From TPA_inf: Saccharomyces (Eukaryota): a stretch of DNA of 64,000 nt. The translations under genes were made by a program, and so were the position numbers. The first letter of the stretch is position 1, and each line of letters opens with the position of its first letter. Where the stretch lies: the NCBI GenBank assembly GCA_000146045.2, contig BK006941.2:288001-352000 (forward strand), read 5' to 3'. This document shows positions 46,101 through 56,790 of the stretch, in pieces. Under the pieces are notes generated by a model. It saw only the letters and a program-made list of their open reading frames with translations, ran no database searches and was not told the DNA's origin.

Positions 46101-46465
46101 TAGCACATAGTGTTCAATTCGCTAAATGCAGCAATATCAATGCTAGTGAGGTTCAATTTAGTAACACCTCTTCTATTAGCAAAGTGTAAGGAATCTTCAC
46201 TAATAGATAAAATACCATCCCGATGACTGAGAATATCCTTCACGGAATTTCCACCTATGTGGCCCCTATATCTTGTATAAAGTTGAAAAGTTGGATCATA
46301 TGACGAAATGCAACCATAGCTGTCTCCACTCCAAATTAAGTTTGCCTTCTCATCGAAGCTAATCGCTGTAATTTCCTTATCCCTATTATCGAAGCGAAAG
46401 TATGGCTTCTTCAAATGTTCCGAAAGATCAACTGGATTGTTGAAGAAATGTTGCCAATTATTCAT
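43118..46465 (-). CDS. PAN2: Poly(A)-specific nuclease catalytic subunit Pan2 (WD40 + inactive UCH + DEDD exonuclease), 1115 aa
   Basis: 1115 aa; DEDDh RNase motifs near the C-terminus ('VAIDAEFV', 'VGHGLNNDFKHI', 'GNHDSIEDAH'). Confidence 0.93.
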   Translation of the reverse strand: MNNWQHFFNNPVDLSEHLKKPYFRFDNRDKEITAISFDEKANLIWSGDSYGCISSYDPTFQLYTRYRGHIGGNSVKDILSHRDGILSISEDSLHFANRRGVTKLNLTSIDIAAFSELNTMCYSPHSLKNNIYCGGDNTNWGIASIDLNRGCLDSLLNYSSKVKLMCSNNKVLSIGRQTGTVDLLDPTSNRTIKSFNAHSASISAMDLRDNTLVTVGKSKRFYNLYADPFVNVYDLRTMRQLPPVSFSKGTTMGSGGADFVQLHPLLPTVMIVASSSGSFDFIDLSNPTLRTQYVHPCQSIKKLCLSPNGDVLGILEADNHLDTWRRSSNNMGMFTNTPEMLAYPDYFNDITSDGPISVDDETYPLSSVGMPYYLDKLLSAWPPVVFKSEGTIPQLTGKSPLPSSGKLKSNLAVISSQNEKLSTQEFPLLRYDRTKYGMRNAIPDYVCLRDIRKQITSGLETSDIQTYTSINKYEVPPAYSRLPLTSGRFGTDNFDFTPFNNTEYSGLDPDVDNHYTNAIIQLYRFIPEMFNFVVGCLKDENFETTLLTDLGYLFDMMERSHGKICSSSNFQASLKSLTDKRQLENGEPQEHLEEYLESLCIRESIEDFNSSESIKRNMPQKFNRFLLSQLIKEEAQTVNHNITLNQCFGLETEIRTECSCDHYDTTVKLLPSLSISGINKTVIKQLNKKSNGQNILPYIEYAMKNVTQKNSICPTCGKTETITQECTVKNLPSVLSLELSLLDTEFSNIRSSKNWLTSEFYGSIIKNKAVLRSTASELKGTSHIFKYELNGYVAKITDNNNETRLVTYVKKYNPKENCFKWLMFNDYLVVEITEEEALKMTYPWKTPEIIIYCDAEELRKPFFSVDTYSINYDILFRDYFANGIRDTARREYKLLTHDEAPKSGTLVAIDAEFVSLQSELCEIDHQGIRSIIRPKRTALARISIIRGEEGELYGVPFVDDYVVNTNHIEDYLTRYSGILPGDLDPEKSTKRLVRRNVVYRKVWLLMQLGCVFVGHGLNNDFKHININVPRNQIRDTAIYFLQGKRYLSLRYLAYVLLGMNIQEGNHDSIEDAHTALILYKKYLHLKEKAIFEKVLNSVYEEGRAHNFKVPETSKG

Positions 46466-46885
46466 AATACATTCACCATTCAGAAACTCAGTATAGCAAT
46501 TGTGTTCTAGTAATCTCTTAGGGTGTAATGCAGTTCAAAACAAAAAATAAGCAAATAAAAAAATTTTCAGAATGTAAAAATTCTAGTTAAAATGAACGTG
46601 TATTATATGGTAATGATGTGTCTCTTGGAGATTCTATTTCTTGTGTTCCTCTATGCCCACATAGTACGTTATTTCCTATATATGCTAACGTTAAAAGCAT
46701 GTTTCTTTTTCGTTATTCTCTCATTGAAAAAAACAATACGCGAAAGAGAAGGCGCCACCCGCCCCGTTTTAATACAAATAGATAAACACATAACAAAACA
46801 AAGGCTAATTAGACACTACACTCAGTGATTAAGTACTTAGTAACCGTGATTACGACGTCCCTTGTGATATCTAAGTGGGCTGACA

Positions 46886-49639
46886 ATGAATGTGGATGAA
46901 AGAAGCCGGATTGGGGGTAGAGAGAAGGATGCGGGGCCCGGGAAAGGCATTCTTAAGCAGAACCAAAGCTCGCAAATGACTTCAAGCTTTCTAGAGAACC
47001 CTGGTGTTCGTATTCCTACCAGGATTATAACAAAAAAAGAAGTATTAGATGGTAGTAACACGACATCCAGGATCAATACTTCTAATTTACAGAGTATGGT
47101 AAAGAGAAGAGTTTCATTCGCTCCCGATGTTACGTTGCATAGTTTTACTTTCGTACCTGAACAAAACAATGAAATTAAGGAACCAAGACGTAGAAAAACT
47201 TCAACCAACAGCCCTACTAAAATATCTAGTCAAGAAGAGCCTCTTGTAACGTCTACTCAAATCGATGATGCTCGTACGGAAGAAAAAACAGCGGCAGAAG
47301 AAGATCCCGATACATCTGGGATGGAATTGACAGAACCTATAGTGGCGACACCGGATAGTAACAAGGCTTCACAGCATGATCCCACATCAATGGAAATGAC
47401 TGAAGTTTTTCCTCGGAGTATCAGACAGAAAAATCCAGATGTAGAGGGAGAAAGCATTGAGTCAAGTCAACAAATCGATGATGTCGAGGCAGTGCGAGAG
47501 GAAACAATGGAATTGACGGCCATACATAATGTACACGACTATGATTCAATTTCAAAAGATACAGTAGAGGGCGAACCAATAGATCTGACAGAATATGAGT
47601 CTAAACCTTACGTTCCAAACAGTGTCTCACGCAGTACCGGGAAATCCTCTGACTATAGCGTGGAAAGAAGTAACGATAAAAGCGACCTTTCAAAATCTGA
47701 AAATAAGACGAATTCCTCTCAGCCGATGGAAATTACAGATATATTCCATGCTGATCCACAGAACCCTATGAGTCTACACAGCGACAATAACATCAATAAT
47801 GATGGTAATGAGATGGAACTCACGCAAATACAGACAAACTTTGACCGCGACAATCACCACATTGACGAATCTCCCAGCGAAAAGCATGCGTTTTCTTCTA
47901 ATAAGAGGCGCAAATTGGATACTGTCTCTGATTATGCTGCATCGGTTACGACACCAGTCAAAGAGGCAAAGGATACTAGTGGAGAGGACAATGATGGTGA
48001 TTTAGAGATGATGGAGAAAATGTCACCCATTACATTTAGCGATGTTGATAATAAGATTGGGACGAGATCCAATGATGTGTTCACTATTGAACCCGGTACT
48101 GAGGATACTGGCATGCAAACCGCGACAGACGATGAAGAAGATGGGGAAAATGTCGATGATAACGGGAACAAAATAGTTGAGAAAACAAGACTCCCCGAAA
48201 TAGACAAGGAAGGGCAGTCTGGTATAGCCCTGCCTACTCAAGACTACACTTTGCGGGAATTTATAAATGAAGTGGGGGTAGGGTTTTTAGATACCAAACT
48301 GATAGATGATCTCGACAAGAAGGTCAATTTCCCGCTTAACAGCTTTAATTTTGTGGAGAATCAAAGGATAGATAACGTATTTTCTGCCTTCTATATCGAT
48401 ATACCCATTTTAGAAGTGGAAGCATTCAGATGCAAGGAGCTTTGGAGAAGTATTAATGAATCCAAGGATAAATTCAAGGACTTTGAGGCCCAAATTGATA
48501 AATCCCATCCCCCTCTTCTGCTCCAGGAGTATTTTTCCTCGGATGAGAAAATGAAGCAATTGATGAGGGACCAGCTACAGTTGGTCAAAGGATATTCGAA
48601 ATTGGAGGCAGCAATGGAATGGTATGAATGGAGGAAAAAGCAACTAAATGGTCTGGAATTAATTTTGGCAGAAAATTTGAATACCTTGAAAAGGGAGTAC
48701 GAAAAATTAAACGAAGAAGTTGAAAAAGTTAACAGCATCAGAGGCAAAATACGAAAACTTAATGAAGCAATAAAGGAAGAGATAAGGTCCCTAAAAAACT
48801 TACCATCCGATTCTTATAAGCCTACTTTAATGAATAGAATAAAAATTGAGGCTTTCAAACAAGAGTTAATGGAACATTCCATATCGTTGAGTTCTTCCAA
48901 TGATTTTACCCAAGAAATGCGTTCACTTAAATTAGCTATTGCAAAAAAATCTAATGATATACTAACTTTAAGAAGTGAAGTCGCCTCTATAGACAAGAAA
49001 ATTGAAAAACGAAAACTGTTCACACGGTTTGACTTGCCAAAATTACGAGATACTCTCAAAATTTTGGAGTCATTAACGGGGGTACGCTTTCTGAAATTCT
49101 CAAAGGCAACACTTTCAATTGCATTTCTTCAACTGGATGATTTGAGAGTGGATATTAATCTAGCAAACTTTAAAAATAATCCGTTAAGTTCTATGAAAGT
49201 TATGAATGACAGCAATAATGACGATATGAGTTACCACTTATTCACAATGTTGTTGAAGAATGTTGAAGCCGAACATCAAGATAGCATGCTTTCGAACCTT
49301 TTTTTTGCTATGAAAAAGTGGAGACCATTATTGAAGTATATAAAATTACTAAAGCTCTTGTTTCCGGTGAAAATTACTCAAACTGAGGAAGAGGAAGCGC
49401 TTTTGCAGTTCAAGGATTATGATAGAAGAAACAAGACTGCATTTTTTTACGTTATATCCCTTGTCTCATTTGCTCAGGGCGTATTCTCGGAAAATGGGCA
49501 AATTCCAATGAAAGTTCACATAAGTACTCAACAAGATTACTCACCGTCACGGGAAGTCCTCTCTGACAGGATAACCCACAAGATCAGTGGAGTTCTTCCT
49601 TCATTTACGAAAAGTAGAATACATTTAGAGTTTACGTAA
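46886..49639 (+). CDS. SPC105: Kinetochore scaffold Spc105/KNL1 (917 aa)
   Basis: 917 aa; N-terminal RVSF-like PP1 motif ('KRRVSFAPD'); six MELT-like motifs; C-terminal coiled coil. Confidence 0.93.
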   Translation: MNVDERSRIGGREKDAGPGKGILKQNQSSQMTSSFLENPGVRIPTRIITKKEVLDGSNTTSRINTSNLQSMVKRRVSFAPDVTLHSFTFVPEQNNEIKEPRRRKTSTNSPTKISSQEEPLVTSTQIDDARTEEKTAAEEDPDTSGMELTEPIVATPDSNKASQHDPTSMEMTEVFPRSIRQKNPDVEGESIESSQQIDDVEAVREETMELTAIHNVHDYDSISKDTVEGEPIDLTEYESKPYVPNSVSRSTGKSSDYSVERSNDKSDLSKSENKTNSSQPMEITDIFHADPQNPMSLHSDNNINNDGNEMELTQIQTNFDRDNHHIDESPSEKHAFSSNKRRKLDTVSDYAASVTTPVKEAKDTSGEDNDGDLEMMEKMSPITFSDVDNKIGTRSNDVFTIEPGTEDTGMQTATDDEEDGENVDDNGNKIVEKTRLPEIDKEGQSGIALPTQDYTLREFINEVGVGFLDTKLIDDLDKKVNFPLNSFNFVENQRIDNVFSAFYIDIPILEVEAFRCKELWRSINESKDKFKDFEAQIDKSHPPLLLQEYFSSDEKMKQLMRDQLQLVKGYSKLEAAMEWYEWRKKQLNGLELILAENLNTLKREYEKLNEEVEKVNSIRGKIRKLNEAIKEEIRSLKNLPSDSYKPTLMNRIKIEAFKQELMEHSISLSSSNDFTQEMRSLKLAIAKKSNDILTLRSEVASIDKKIEKRKLFTRFDLPKLRDTLKILESLTGVRFLKFSKATLSIAFLQLDDLRVDINLANFKNNPLSSMKVMNDSNNDDMSYHLFTMLLKNVEAEHQDSMLSNLFFAMKKWRPLLKYIKLLKLLFPVKITQTEEEEALLQFKDYDRRNKTAFFYVISLVSFAQGVFSENGQIPMKVHISTQQDYSPSREVLSDRITHKISGVLPSFTKSRIHLEFT

Positions 49640-49905
49640 AGTGTTTATAATAGGACAACGATGACTAGTAATATCTCATCACTTTTTTTTAGTTTTTGAC
49701 GAAAGATTTTTAACTGCCCCGCCGGCAGGAAAGTTCAAACAATTTGAAGAAAAGCTCGAAAAAATTTTGGACAAAAACAACAATCACATCACCATTGGAA
49801 AGATAAAAAATTAGAAAGAATTAACTCGTTTGTTGTTTCCTGTTACCTATCACAATTATTATTGCTTTTTAGAACCACAAGCAAAGGAGAAGCAGTAGCC
49901 ACCTT

Positions 49906-52900
49906 ATGTTTAATAAAAGTGTAAATAGTGGTTTCACCTTTGGAAACCAAAACACATCCACACCGACATCCACTCCGGCACAGCCTTCCAGTTCCCTTCA
50001 ATTCCCTCAAAAATCTACTGGGTTATTTGGGAACGTTAATGTTAATGCGAATACTTCAACACCTAGCCCATCTGGTGGATTATTCAATGCCAATTCAAAC
50101 GCTAATTCTATAAGTCAACAACCCGCCAATAATTCATTATTTGGAAATAAACCAGCACAACCATCAGGTGGCTTATTTGGCGCTACAAACAATACTACTT
50201 CTAAAAGTGCCGGAAGCTTATTCGGAAATAATAATGCCACAGCAAATTCTACGGGCTCTACAGGTTTATTCAGTGGTAGCAATAATATAGCCTCTAGTAC
50301 CCAAAATGGTGGTTTGTTTGGTAATAGCAACAATAACAATATAACTTCTACCACGCAAAATGGTGGTCTGTTCGGTAAGCCTACTACAACCCCTGCTGGT
50401 GCTGGCGGCCTGTTTGGAAATTCCTCATCGACAAACTCAACGACAGGATTATTTGGATCAAATAATACACAAAGTTCTACAGGTATTTTTGGTCAAAAGC
50501 CGGGAGCTTCAACAACTGGGGGATTGTTTGGAAATAATGGTGCTTCATTCCCAAGATCCGGTGAAACTACTGGAACCATGTCAACCAACCCATATGGAAT
50601 TAACATAAGTAATGTTCCTATGGCAGTGGCTGACATGCCAAGATCTATTACGTCTTCTCTATCAGATGTGAATGGCAAGTCAGATGCGGAACCCAAACCA
50701 ATTGAAAATAGAAGAACATATTCGTTTTCTTCCTCAGTTTCAGGGAACGCTCCTTTACCACTCGCCTCACAGTCAAGTTTAGTGAGTAGACTAAGCACGA
50801 GACTGAAAGCCACTCAGAAAAGCACGTCACCGAATGAAATATTTTCACCGTCTTACAGTAAACCGTGGCTGAATGGAGCAGGTTCAGCTCCCTTAGTAGA
50901 TGACTTTTTTTCTTCAAAGATGACTTCTTTGGCTCCAAATGAAAACAGCATCTTTCCTCAGAATGGTTTTAATTTCCTATCCTCCCAAAGGGCCGACTTG
51001 ACAGAGCTGCGTAAATTGAAAATTGATTCCAACAGAAGTGCTGCAAAAAAATTAAAACTCCTCTCTGGTACTCCCGCCATCACAAAAAAACATATGCAAG
51101 ACGAACAAGATTCATCGGAAAATGAGCCAATTGCAAATGCTGATAGTGTCACTAACATTGACAGGAAAGAAAATAGAGATAATAATTTGGATAACACTTA
51201 TTTGAATGGAAAGGAGCAATCGAATAACTTGAATAAACAAGACGGCGAAAATACTTTACAACATGAAAAGTCATCAAGTTTTGGTTATTGGTGTTCTCCT
51301 TCCCCAGAACAGCTGGAGCGTTTGTCATTGAAGCAATTAGCGGCCGTTTCAAATTTTGTTATCGGGAGAAGAGGTTATGGTTGTATTACATTTCAACATG
51401 ATGTGGATCTCACAGCTTTTACCAAAAGCTTTAGAGAAGAACTATTCGGTAAAATTGTAATATTTCGTTCCTCTAAGACAGTAGAAGTATATCCTGACGA
51501 AGCCACCAAACCAATGATTGGGCATGGGTTAAACGTTCCCGCTATAATCACTCTAGAGAATGTTTATCCTGTAGATAAAAAAACAAAAAAACCGATGAAA
51601 GATACGACGAAGTTTGCTGAATTTCAAGTTTTTGACAGGAAACTAAGAAGCATGAGGGAAATGAACTATATATCCTATAATCCCTTTGGCGGGACTTGGA
51701 CTTTCAAAGTCAATCATTTTAGCATTTGGGGGTTAGTCAATGAAGAAGATGCGGAAATAGATGAAGACGATTTGAGTAAACAAGAAGACGGCGGTGAGCA
51801 ACCATTAAGAAAGGTGCGCACGTTAGCGCAATCAAAACCATCGGATAAAGAGGTTATCCTCAAAACAGATGGCACTTTTGGAACTCTATCAGGTAAAGAC
51901 GACTCTATCGTTGAGGAAAAGGCATACGAACCTGATTTGTCTGATGCGGACTTTGAGGGAATTGAAGCTTCCCCTAAACTTGACGTTTCTAAGGATTGGG
52001 TAGAACAATTAATTTTAGCTGGGTCTTCACTACGTTCTGTGTTTGCCACTTCTAAAGAATTTGACGGGCCATGTCAAAATGAAATAGATTTACTCTTTTC
52101 CGAATGCAATGATGAAATTGATAACGCAAAACTCATCATGAAGGAAAGAAGATTTACAGCCTCTTATACGTTTGCAAAATTTTCAACAGGTTCAATGCTA
52201 CTGACAAAAGATATTGTTGGTAAATCGGGCGTTTCAATTAAGCGTTTACCAACTGAGTTGCAAAGAAAATTTTTATTCGATGACGTCTATTTAGATAAAG
52301 AAATTGAAAAGGTTACTATCGAAGCAAGGAAGTCAAACCCATACCCACAAATTAGTGAAAGCTCTTTACTCTTTAAAGATGCTTTAGATTATATGGAAAA
52401 AACCTCTAGTGATTACAATCTATGGAAACTTTCATCTATTTTATTCGACCCCGTTTCCTATCCATACAAGACGGACAATGATCAAGTAAAAATGGCATTA
52501 TTAAAAAAAGAAAGGCATTGTCGATTAACTTCGTGGATTGTTAGCCAGATAGGTCCGGAAATTGAAGAGAAAATTAGGAATTCTTCTAACGAAATAGAAC
52601 AAATATTTCTATATTTGCTCTTGAATGATGTCGTAAGGGCATCCAAGTTAGCAATTGAGTCTAAGAATGGTCATTTGAGCGTTTTGATATCCTATTTGGG
52701 TTCAAACGACCCAAGGATACGTGATTTAGCGGAATTACAATTGCAAAAGTGGTCAACTGGTGGTTGTAGTATCGACAAGAATATCTCGAAGATTTACAAA
52801 TTACTAAGCGGTTCACCTTTTGAAGGTTTATTTTCTCTTAAGGAACTTGAAAGTGAATTCAGTTGGTTGTGCCTTTTGAATTTGACACTGTGCTACGGCC

Positions 52901-53859
52901 AGATAGATGAGTATTCCTTAGAATCTCTTGTGCAATCGCATTTAGACAAGTTTTCTTTACCCTATGATGATCCTATTGGAGTTATTTTCCAACTATATGC
53001 TGCTAATGAAAATACGGAGAAGCTCTATAAGGAGGTTAGACAAAGAACCAACGCTTTAGATGTTCAGTTTTGCTGGTACTTGATTCAAACATTGAGATTT
53101 AATGGAACACGCGTTTTTTCGAAGGAAACTAGCGATGAGGCTACATTCGCATTTGCCGCTCAACTTGAATTTGCACAATTACATGGCCACTCTCTTTTTG
53201 TTTCTTGCTTTTTAAATGATGACAAGGCAGCAGAAGATACCATAAAAAGGCTTGTTATGCGTGAAATAACATTGTTAAGAGCCTCTACCAATGATCACAT
53301 TTTAAATAGATTAAAGATCCCTTCGCAATTGATATTCAATGCTCAAGCTTTGAAAGATAGATATGAAGGCAATTACCTTTCTGAAGTACAAAATCTACTC
53401 CTGGGTTCGTCTTATGATTTGGCAGAAATGGCTATTGTTACGTCATTAGGACCAAGGCTGTTGTTATCAAACAATCCTGTACAGAATAATGAACTGAAAA
53501 CTTTGAGGGAAATTCTTAACGAATTTCCAGACTCTGAGAGGGACAAATGGAGTGTAAGTATAAACGTATTTGAAGTATATCTAAAGCTTGTGTTGGATAA
53601 TGTTGAAACGCAGGAGACTATCGATTCATTAATTAGTGGTATGAAGATATTTTATGATCAGTATAAGCACTGTCGTGAAGTGGCCGCATGTTGTAATGTT
53701 ATGTCCCAAGAGATTGTATCAAAAATATTGGAGAAAAACAATCCTTCAATAGGCGATTCGAAGGCCAAATTGCTTGAGCTCCCCCTAGGGCAGCCAGAAA
53801 AGGCATACTTGAGGGGTGAGTTTGCCCAGGATTTAATGAAGTGTACATATAAGATATAA
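49906..53859 (+). CDS. NUP145: Nucleoporin Nup145 precursor (GLFG-repeat N-part + autoproteolytic domain + Nup145C), 1317 aa
   Basis: About 20 GLFG/SLFG repeats in the first ~210 aa; HF|S autocleavage triad at codons 604-606 (nt 51715..51723). Confidence 0.95.
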   Translation: MFNKSVNSGFTFGNQNTSTPTSTPAQPSSSLQFPQKSTGLFGNVNVNANTSTPSPSGGLFNANSNANSISQQPANNSLFGNKPAQPSGGLFGATNNTTSKSAGSLFGNNNATANSTGSTGLFSGSNNIASSTQNGGLFGNSNNNNITSTTQNGGLFGKPTTTPAGAGGLFGNSSSTNSTTGLFGSNNTQSSTGIFGQKPGASTTGGLFGNNGASFPRSGETTGTMSTNPYGINISNVPMAVADMPRSITSSLSDVNGKSDAEPKPIENRRTYSFSSSVSGNAPLPLASQSSLVSRLSTRLKATQKSTSPNEIFSPSYSKPWLNGAGSAPLVDDFFSSKMTSLAPNENSIFPQNGFNFLSSQRADLTELRKLKIDSNRSAAKKLKLLSGTPAITKKHMQDEQDSSENEPIANADSVTNIDRKENRDNNLDNTYLNGKEQSNNLNKQDGENTLQHEKSSSFGYWCSPSPEQLERLSLKQLAAVSNFVIGRRGYGCITFQHDVDLTAFTKSFREELFGKIVIFRSSKTVEVYPDEATKPMIGHGLNVPAIITLENVYPVDKKTKKPMKDTTKFAEFQVFDRKLRSMREMNYISYNPFGGTWTFKVNHFSIWGLVNEEDAEIDEDDLSKQEDGGEQPLRKVRTLAQSKPSDKEVILKTDGTFGTLSGKDDSIVEEKAYEPDLSDADFEGIEASPKLDVSKDWVEQLILAGSSLRSVFATSKEFDGPCQNEIDLLFSECNDEIDNAKLIMKERRFTASYTFAKFSTGSMLLTKDIVGKSGVSIKRLPTELQRKFLFDDVYLDKEIEKVTIEARKSNPYPQISESSLLFKDALDYMEKTSSDYNLWKLSSILFDPVSYPYKTDNDQVKMALLKKERHCRLTSWIVSQIGPEIEEKIRNSSNEIEQIFLYLLLNDVVRASKLAIESKNGHLSVLISYLGSNDPRIRDLAELQLQKWSTGGCSIDKNISKIYKLLSGSPFEGLFSLKELESEFSWLCLLNLTLCYGQIDEYSLESLVQSHLDKFSLPYDDPIGVIFQLYAANENTEKLYKEVRQRTNALDVQFCWYLIQTLRFNGTRVFSKETSDEATFAFAAQLEFAQLHGHSLFVSCFLNDDKAAEDTIKRLVMREITLLRASTNDHILNRLKIPSQLIFNAQALKDRYEGNYLSEVQNLLLGSSYDLAEMAIVTSLGPRLLLSNNPVQNNELKTLREILNEFPDSERDKWSVSINVFEVYLKLVLDNVETQETIDSLISGMKIFYDQYKHCREVAACCNVMSQEIVSKILEKNNPSIGDSKAKLLELPLGQPEKAYLRGEFAQDLMKCTYKI

Positions 53860-54055
53860 GTTTTTTTATTTTTATTTCTAAAAAAAAGAAAAATAGTAAA
53901 ACATGGACTGAAGCTAACGCTTTTGGAGTAATTAGTAGCATTATATATGGTAAAAGTGTTCTTCAGTAGGTCTAAGATTTAAAGGTAATGATATTTATAT
54001 TATAAAACGATTTGACCTCTAATGCACTTCCTTTTATTCTTTTTGATAAAATATA

Positions 54056-55042
54056 CTATACATCCCCCACAGCATCTCGCAGAGCCTCCACAACGTTAAG
54101 TACAGCACTCGAAGCTGGGCTGTCAGGATAGTTATCCAGGAAACTTTCACCCATGTCACAACTCTTGCCAATCCTCGGATCTAACGGAACAGACCCCAAA
54201 AATTTGATGCCCAATTCCTTACAAAGTGCTTCACCTCCACCTGTGGTAGCCTTGAATATTTGGGACTCTCCTTTGCAATTTGGACATACAAATCCGCTCA
54301 TATTTTCCACTAGTCCAAGAATATTGATACCAGCCTTCTTACAGAAATCTATCTCTTTCCGTACATCTAATAAAGCTACTTCCTGAGGTGTGGTGACCAC
54401 AAGGGCACCATCTATGCCAGATTCTCTCATATACTTGTTTATTGAAATGTGCTCATCAGATGTTCCGGGCGGTGTGTCGATTACCAAGTAATCGAGTTTA
54501 TCCCAATCAACATCCTTTAAAAATTTTTTTATCAATAAATTCTTTTTTGAACCCCTCCATATAATGGCGGAATCGTCTTCTGGAAGCATATATTGAATAG
54601 ACATGGTGGCTAAATTATCAGTCACATAGACAGGTGTCCAACCGGAGTTCGATTCATGGACGGTTTCTTTAATGCAGCCTAACATATGTGGCAAAGAAGG
54701 TCCACATATATCTAAATCCATGGCACCTACTTGTAAATCTTCGTCAGCTGAAAGTGCCCAACTTAGCATTGCGGCAAATGTCGACTTGCCTACGCCACCT
54801 TTGCCTGATAAAACCAATATTTTATGTTCTATTCCTGACAAGTTATCTGTGATCAATGGAATATCTGGATCAGGGCCTTTCGGAAGACTTTCACATATTT
54901 CTTTATTGGCGCAGCCACCACAAGCATCGGACTTACCTGCCATGTCTGATTCTGGACCAGGACAGTGTTCTGGTTCCGGCTGATTAAGTTCATACTCTGC
55001 TGGTAGCACTTCGTCGTTTACATGTGGTAGTATCTCAGTCAT
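54056..55042 (-). CDS. NBP35: Cytosolic Fe-S cluster assembly P-loop NTPase Nbp35 (328 aa)
   Basis: N-terminal CX13CX2CX5C cluster ('[24 protein letters not shown]'); Walker A 'GKGGVGKST'; C-terminal CPNC. Confidence 0.93.
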   Translation of the reverse strand: MTEILPHVNDEVLPAEYELNQPEPEHCPGPESDMAGKSDACGGCANKEICESLPKGPDPDIPLITDNLSGIEHKILVLSGKGGVGKSTFAAMLSWALSADEDLQVGAMDLDICGPSLPHMLGCIKETVHESNSGWTPVYVTDNLATMSIQYMLPEDDSAIIWRGSKKNLLIKKFLKDVDWDKLDYLVIDTPPGTSDEHISINKYMRESGIDGALVVTTPQEVALLDVRKEIDFCKKAGINILGLVENMSGFVCPNCKGESQIFKATTGGGEALCKELGIKFLGSVPLDPRIGKSCDMGESFLDNYPDSPASSAVLNVVEALRDAVGDV

Positions 55043-55318
55043 TCTTGGATATCACTTATGTATACTGTTGTTCTCAAAAACAGAAAGACTTCACGTTTAG
55101 CCTAGCCTACGAGTTGTTGGACAAACATGTTATTTATTATTATATACAAAATATTTCTACGCATTACTAATTACACCATTAATGAATCCGAAAAAGTACC
55201 CGGAAGCGTATTTTGAAAAGCCATATTAAAGAATAATAAGATGAACGGCAGTTTTCGACGTGTCAATGCATAGAACTGAGAGAATTGTGCATTGGATGAC
55301 TTATTTATGTAGGGTGCT

Positions 55319-56584
55319 ATGTCCCAGCTGACGGAGTTCATTAGCTGTATCCCTGTGGTTAATGAAGAACAAAATGAAGAAGATGAGCGTGGCCTCTGTA
55401 AGATTCAGATTGAAGATGGCGCTATGTTGGAAACATTAGATGAGAACAGTCTTTCAGGGCTTAGAATAGAGAAAATGTTGGTAAGTGAAGGTACAGGAAT
55501 TTTTTCCAAAAGCAGTTTTGGAATCAATGATTTGCGAATCTTTACGGGAGAAAATATCGATGAAGAGTCTAAGAAATATGTGTGGTATGAACTACTCAAA
55601 ATGTTAACTGGTCACAAAGTGTACATTGCATCGTTAGACGAAAAAGTCGTATTCACAAAATGGACGTGCAGAATGCAAGATGATGAGGTATGGAAAGTAG
55701 TTATGGAGTTGGAGTCATCGGCGATCATAAGAAAAATCGCTGAACTTACCTTGCATCCAGTCAAAAAGGGAGAGATTGATTTATTTGAAATGGCAGATAA
55801 ACTCTATAAAGATATCTGTTGTGTTAACGATTCTTACCGGAATATAAAGGAGAGCGATTCTAGCAATAGAAATCGAGTTGAACAGCTGGCTCGGGAAAGG
55901 GAGCTATTGGATAAGCTTTTAGAAACACGTGATGAAAGAACCAGAGCAATGATGGTAACCTTGTTGAATGAGAAGAAGAAGAAAATAAGAGAGCTTCATG
56001 AGATTCTGCGACAAAATAATATCAAATTGTCTGACGATGATGTTTTAGATTCTGCGCTTATTAATACGGAAGTGCAAAAGCCAATTTCTGAGTTAAACTC
56101 TCCAGGAAAAAGAATGAAACGAAGAAAGACGGTAGTAGAGCCTCAAAATTTACAAAAGAAGTTGAAAGACACAAGTCGGAGGAGAGCTAATAGAAAAATA
56201 TCTAATCAATCCGTGATCAAAATGGAAGACGACGATTTTGATGACTTTCAATTTTTCGGACTTTCTAAAAGGCCAATTATTACTGCTAAAGATAAACTCA
56301 GTGAAAAGTACGATGATATTACCTCTTTTGGAGATGACACACAATCAATAAGTTTTGAATCTGATAGTAGCAGTGATGTTCAAAAACATTTAGTGTCTTT
56401 AGAAGACAATGGTATTCAAATATCAGCAGGAAGATCGGATGAAGATTACGGAGACATTTCTGGTTCTGAATCTGAGACTGATGCAAGTGCAGGGGAAAAG
56501 AAGAGCTCCAACCATAGTGAACAATCCGGTAATGATAGGGAACCTTGCTTGCAGACAGAATCGGAAACGGATATAGAAACATAG
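55319..56584 (+). CDS. LIF1: DNA ligase IV cofactor Lif1 (XRCC4 homolog), 421 aa
   Basis: 421 aa; acidic/Ser-rich C-terminus; position matches YGL090W. Confidence 0.88.
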   Translation: MSQLTEFISCIPVVNEEQNEEDERGLCKIQIEDGAMLETLDENSLSGLRIEKMLVSEGTGIFSKSSFGINDLRIFTGENIDEESKKYVWYELLKMLTGHKVYIASLDEKVVFTKWTCRMQDDEVWKVVMELESSAIIRKIAELTLHPVKKGEIDLFEMADKLYKDICCVNDSYRNIKESDSSNRNRVEQLARERELLDKLLETRDERTRAMMVTLLNEKKKKIRELHEILRQNNIKLSDDDVLDSALINTEVQKPISELNSPGKRMKRRKTVVEPQNLQKKLKDTSRRRANRKISNQSVIKMEDDDFDDFQFFGLSKRPIITAKDKLSEKYDDITSFGDDTQSISFESDSSSDVQKHLVSLEDNGIQISAGRSDEDYGDISGSESETDASAGEKKSSNHSEQSGNDREPCLQTESETDIET

Positions 56585-56790
56585 CCTATTTATGAATGAA
56601 TGTAATATATGGCAAAGAGTATTATAGTATCGCATCATTTGAGAGAATACTTTATTTAAATGGCAAAAAATAGTTCTATGTGAGTGATCGAAAACTCAAC
56701 TACTCAGATTGAAAAGAAAATAAATAAAACTAGGTGTTGTATGAACGTGAAAGAAATCGAGAGGGTTTAGAAGTAGTTTAGGGTCATTTT

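Noticed and set aside
49906-50560. NUP145 5' region flagged as a possible tandem repeat or mobile element because of about 20 repeated GGTTTATTTGG(A/T)-like units
   Set aside because: The repeats are in frame and encode the GLFG domain of a nucleoporin. This is a genuine coding low-complexity region.
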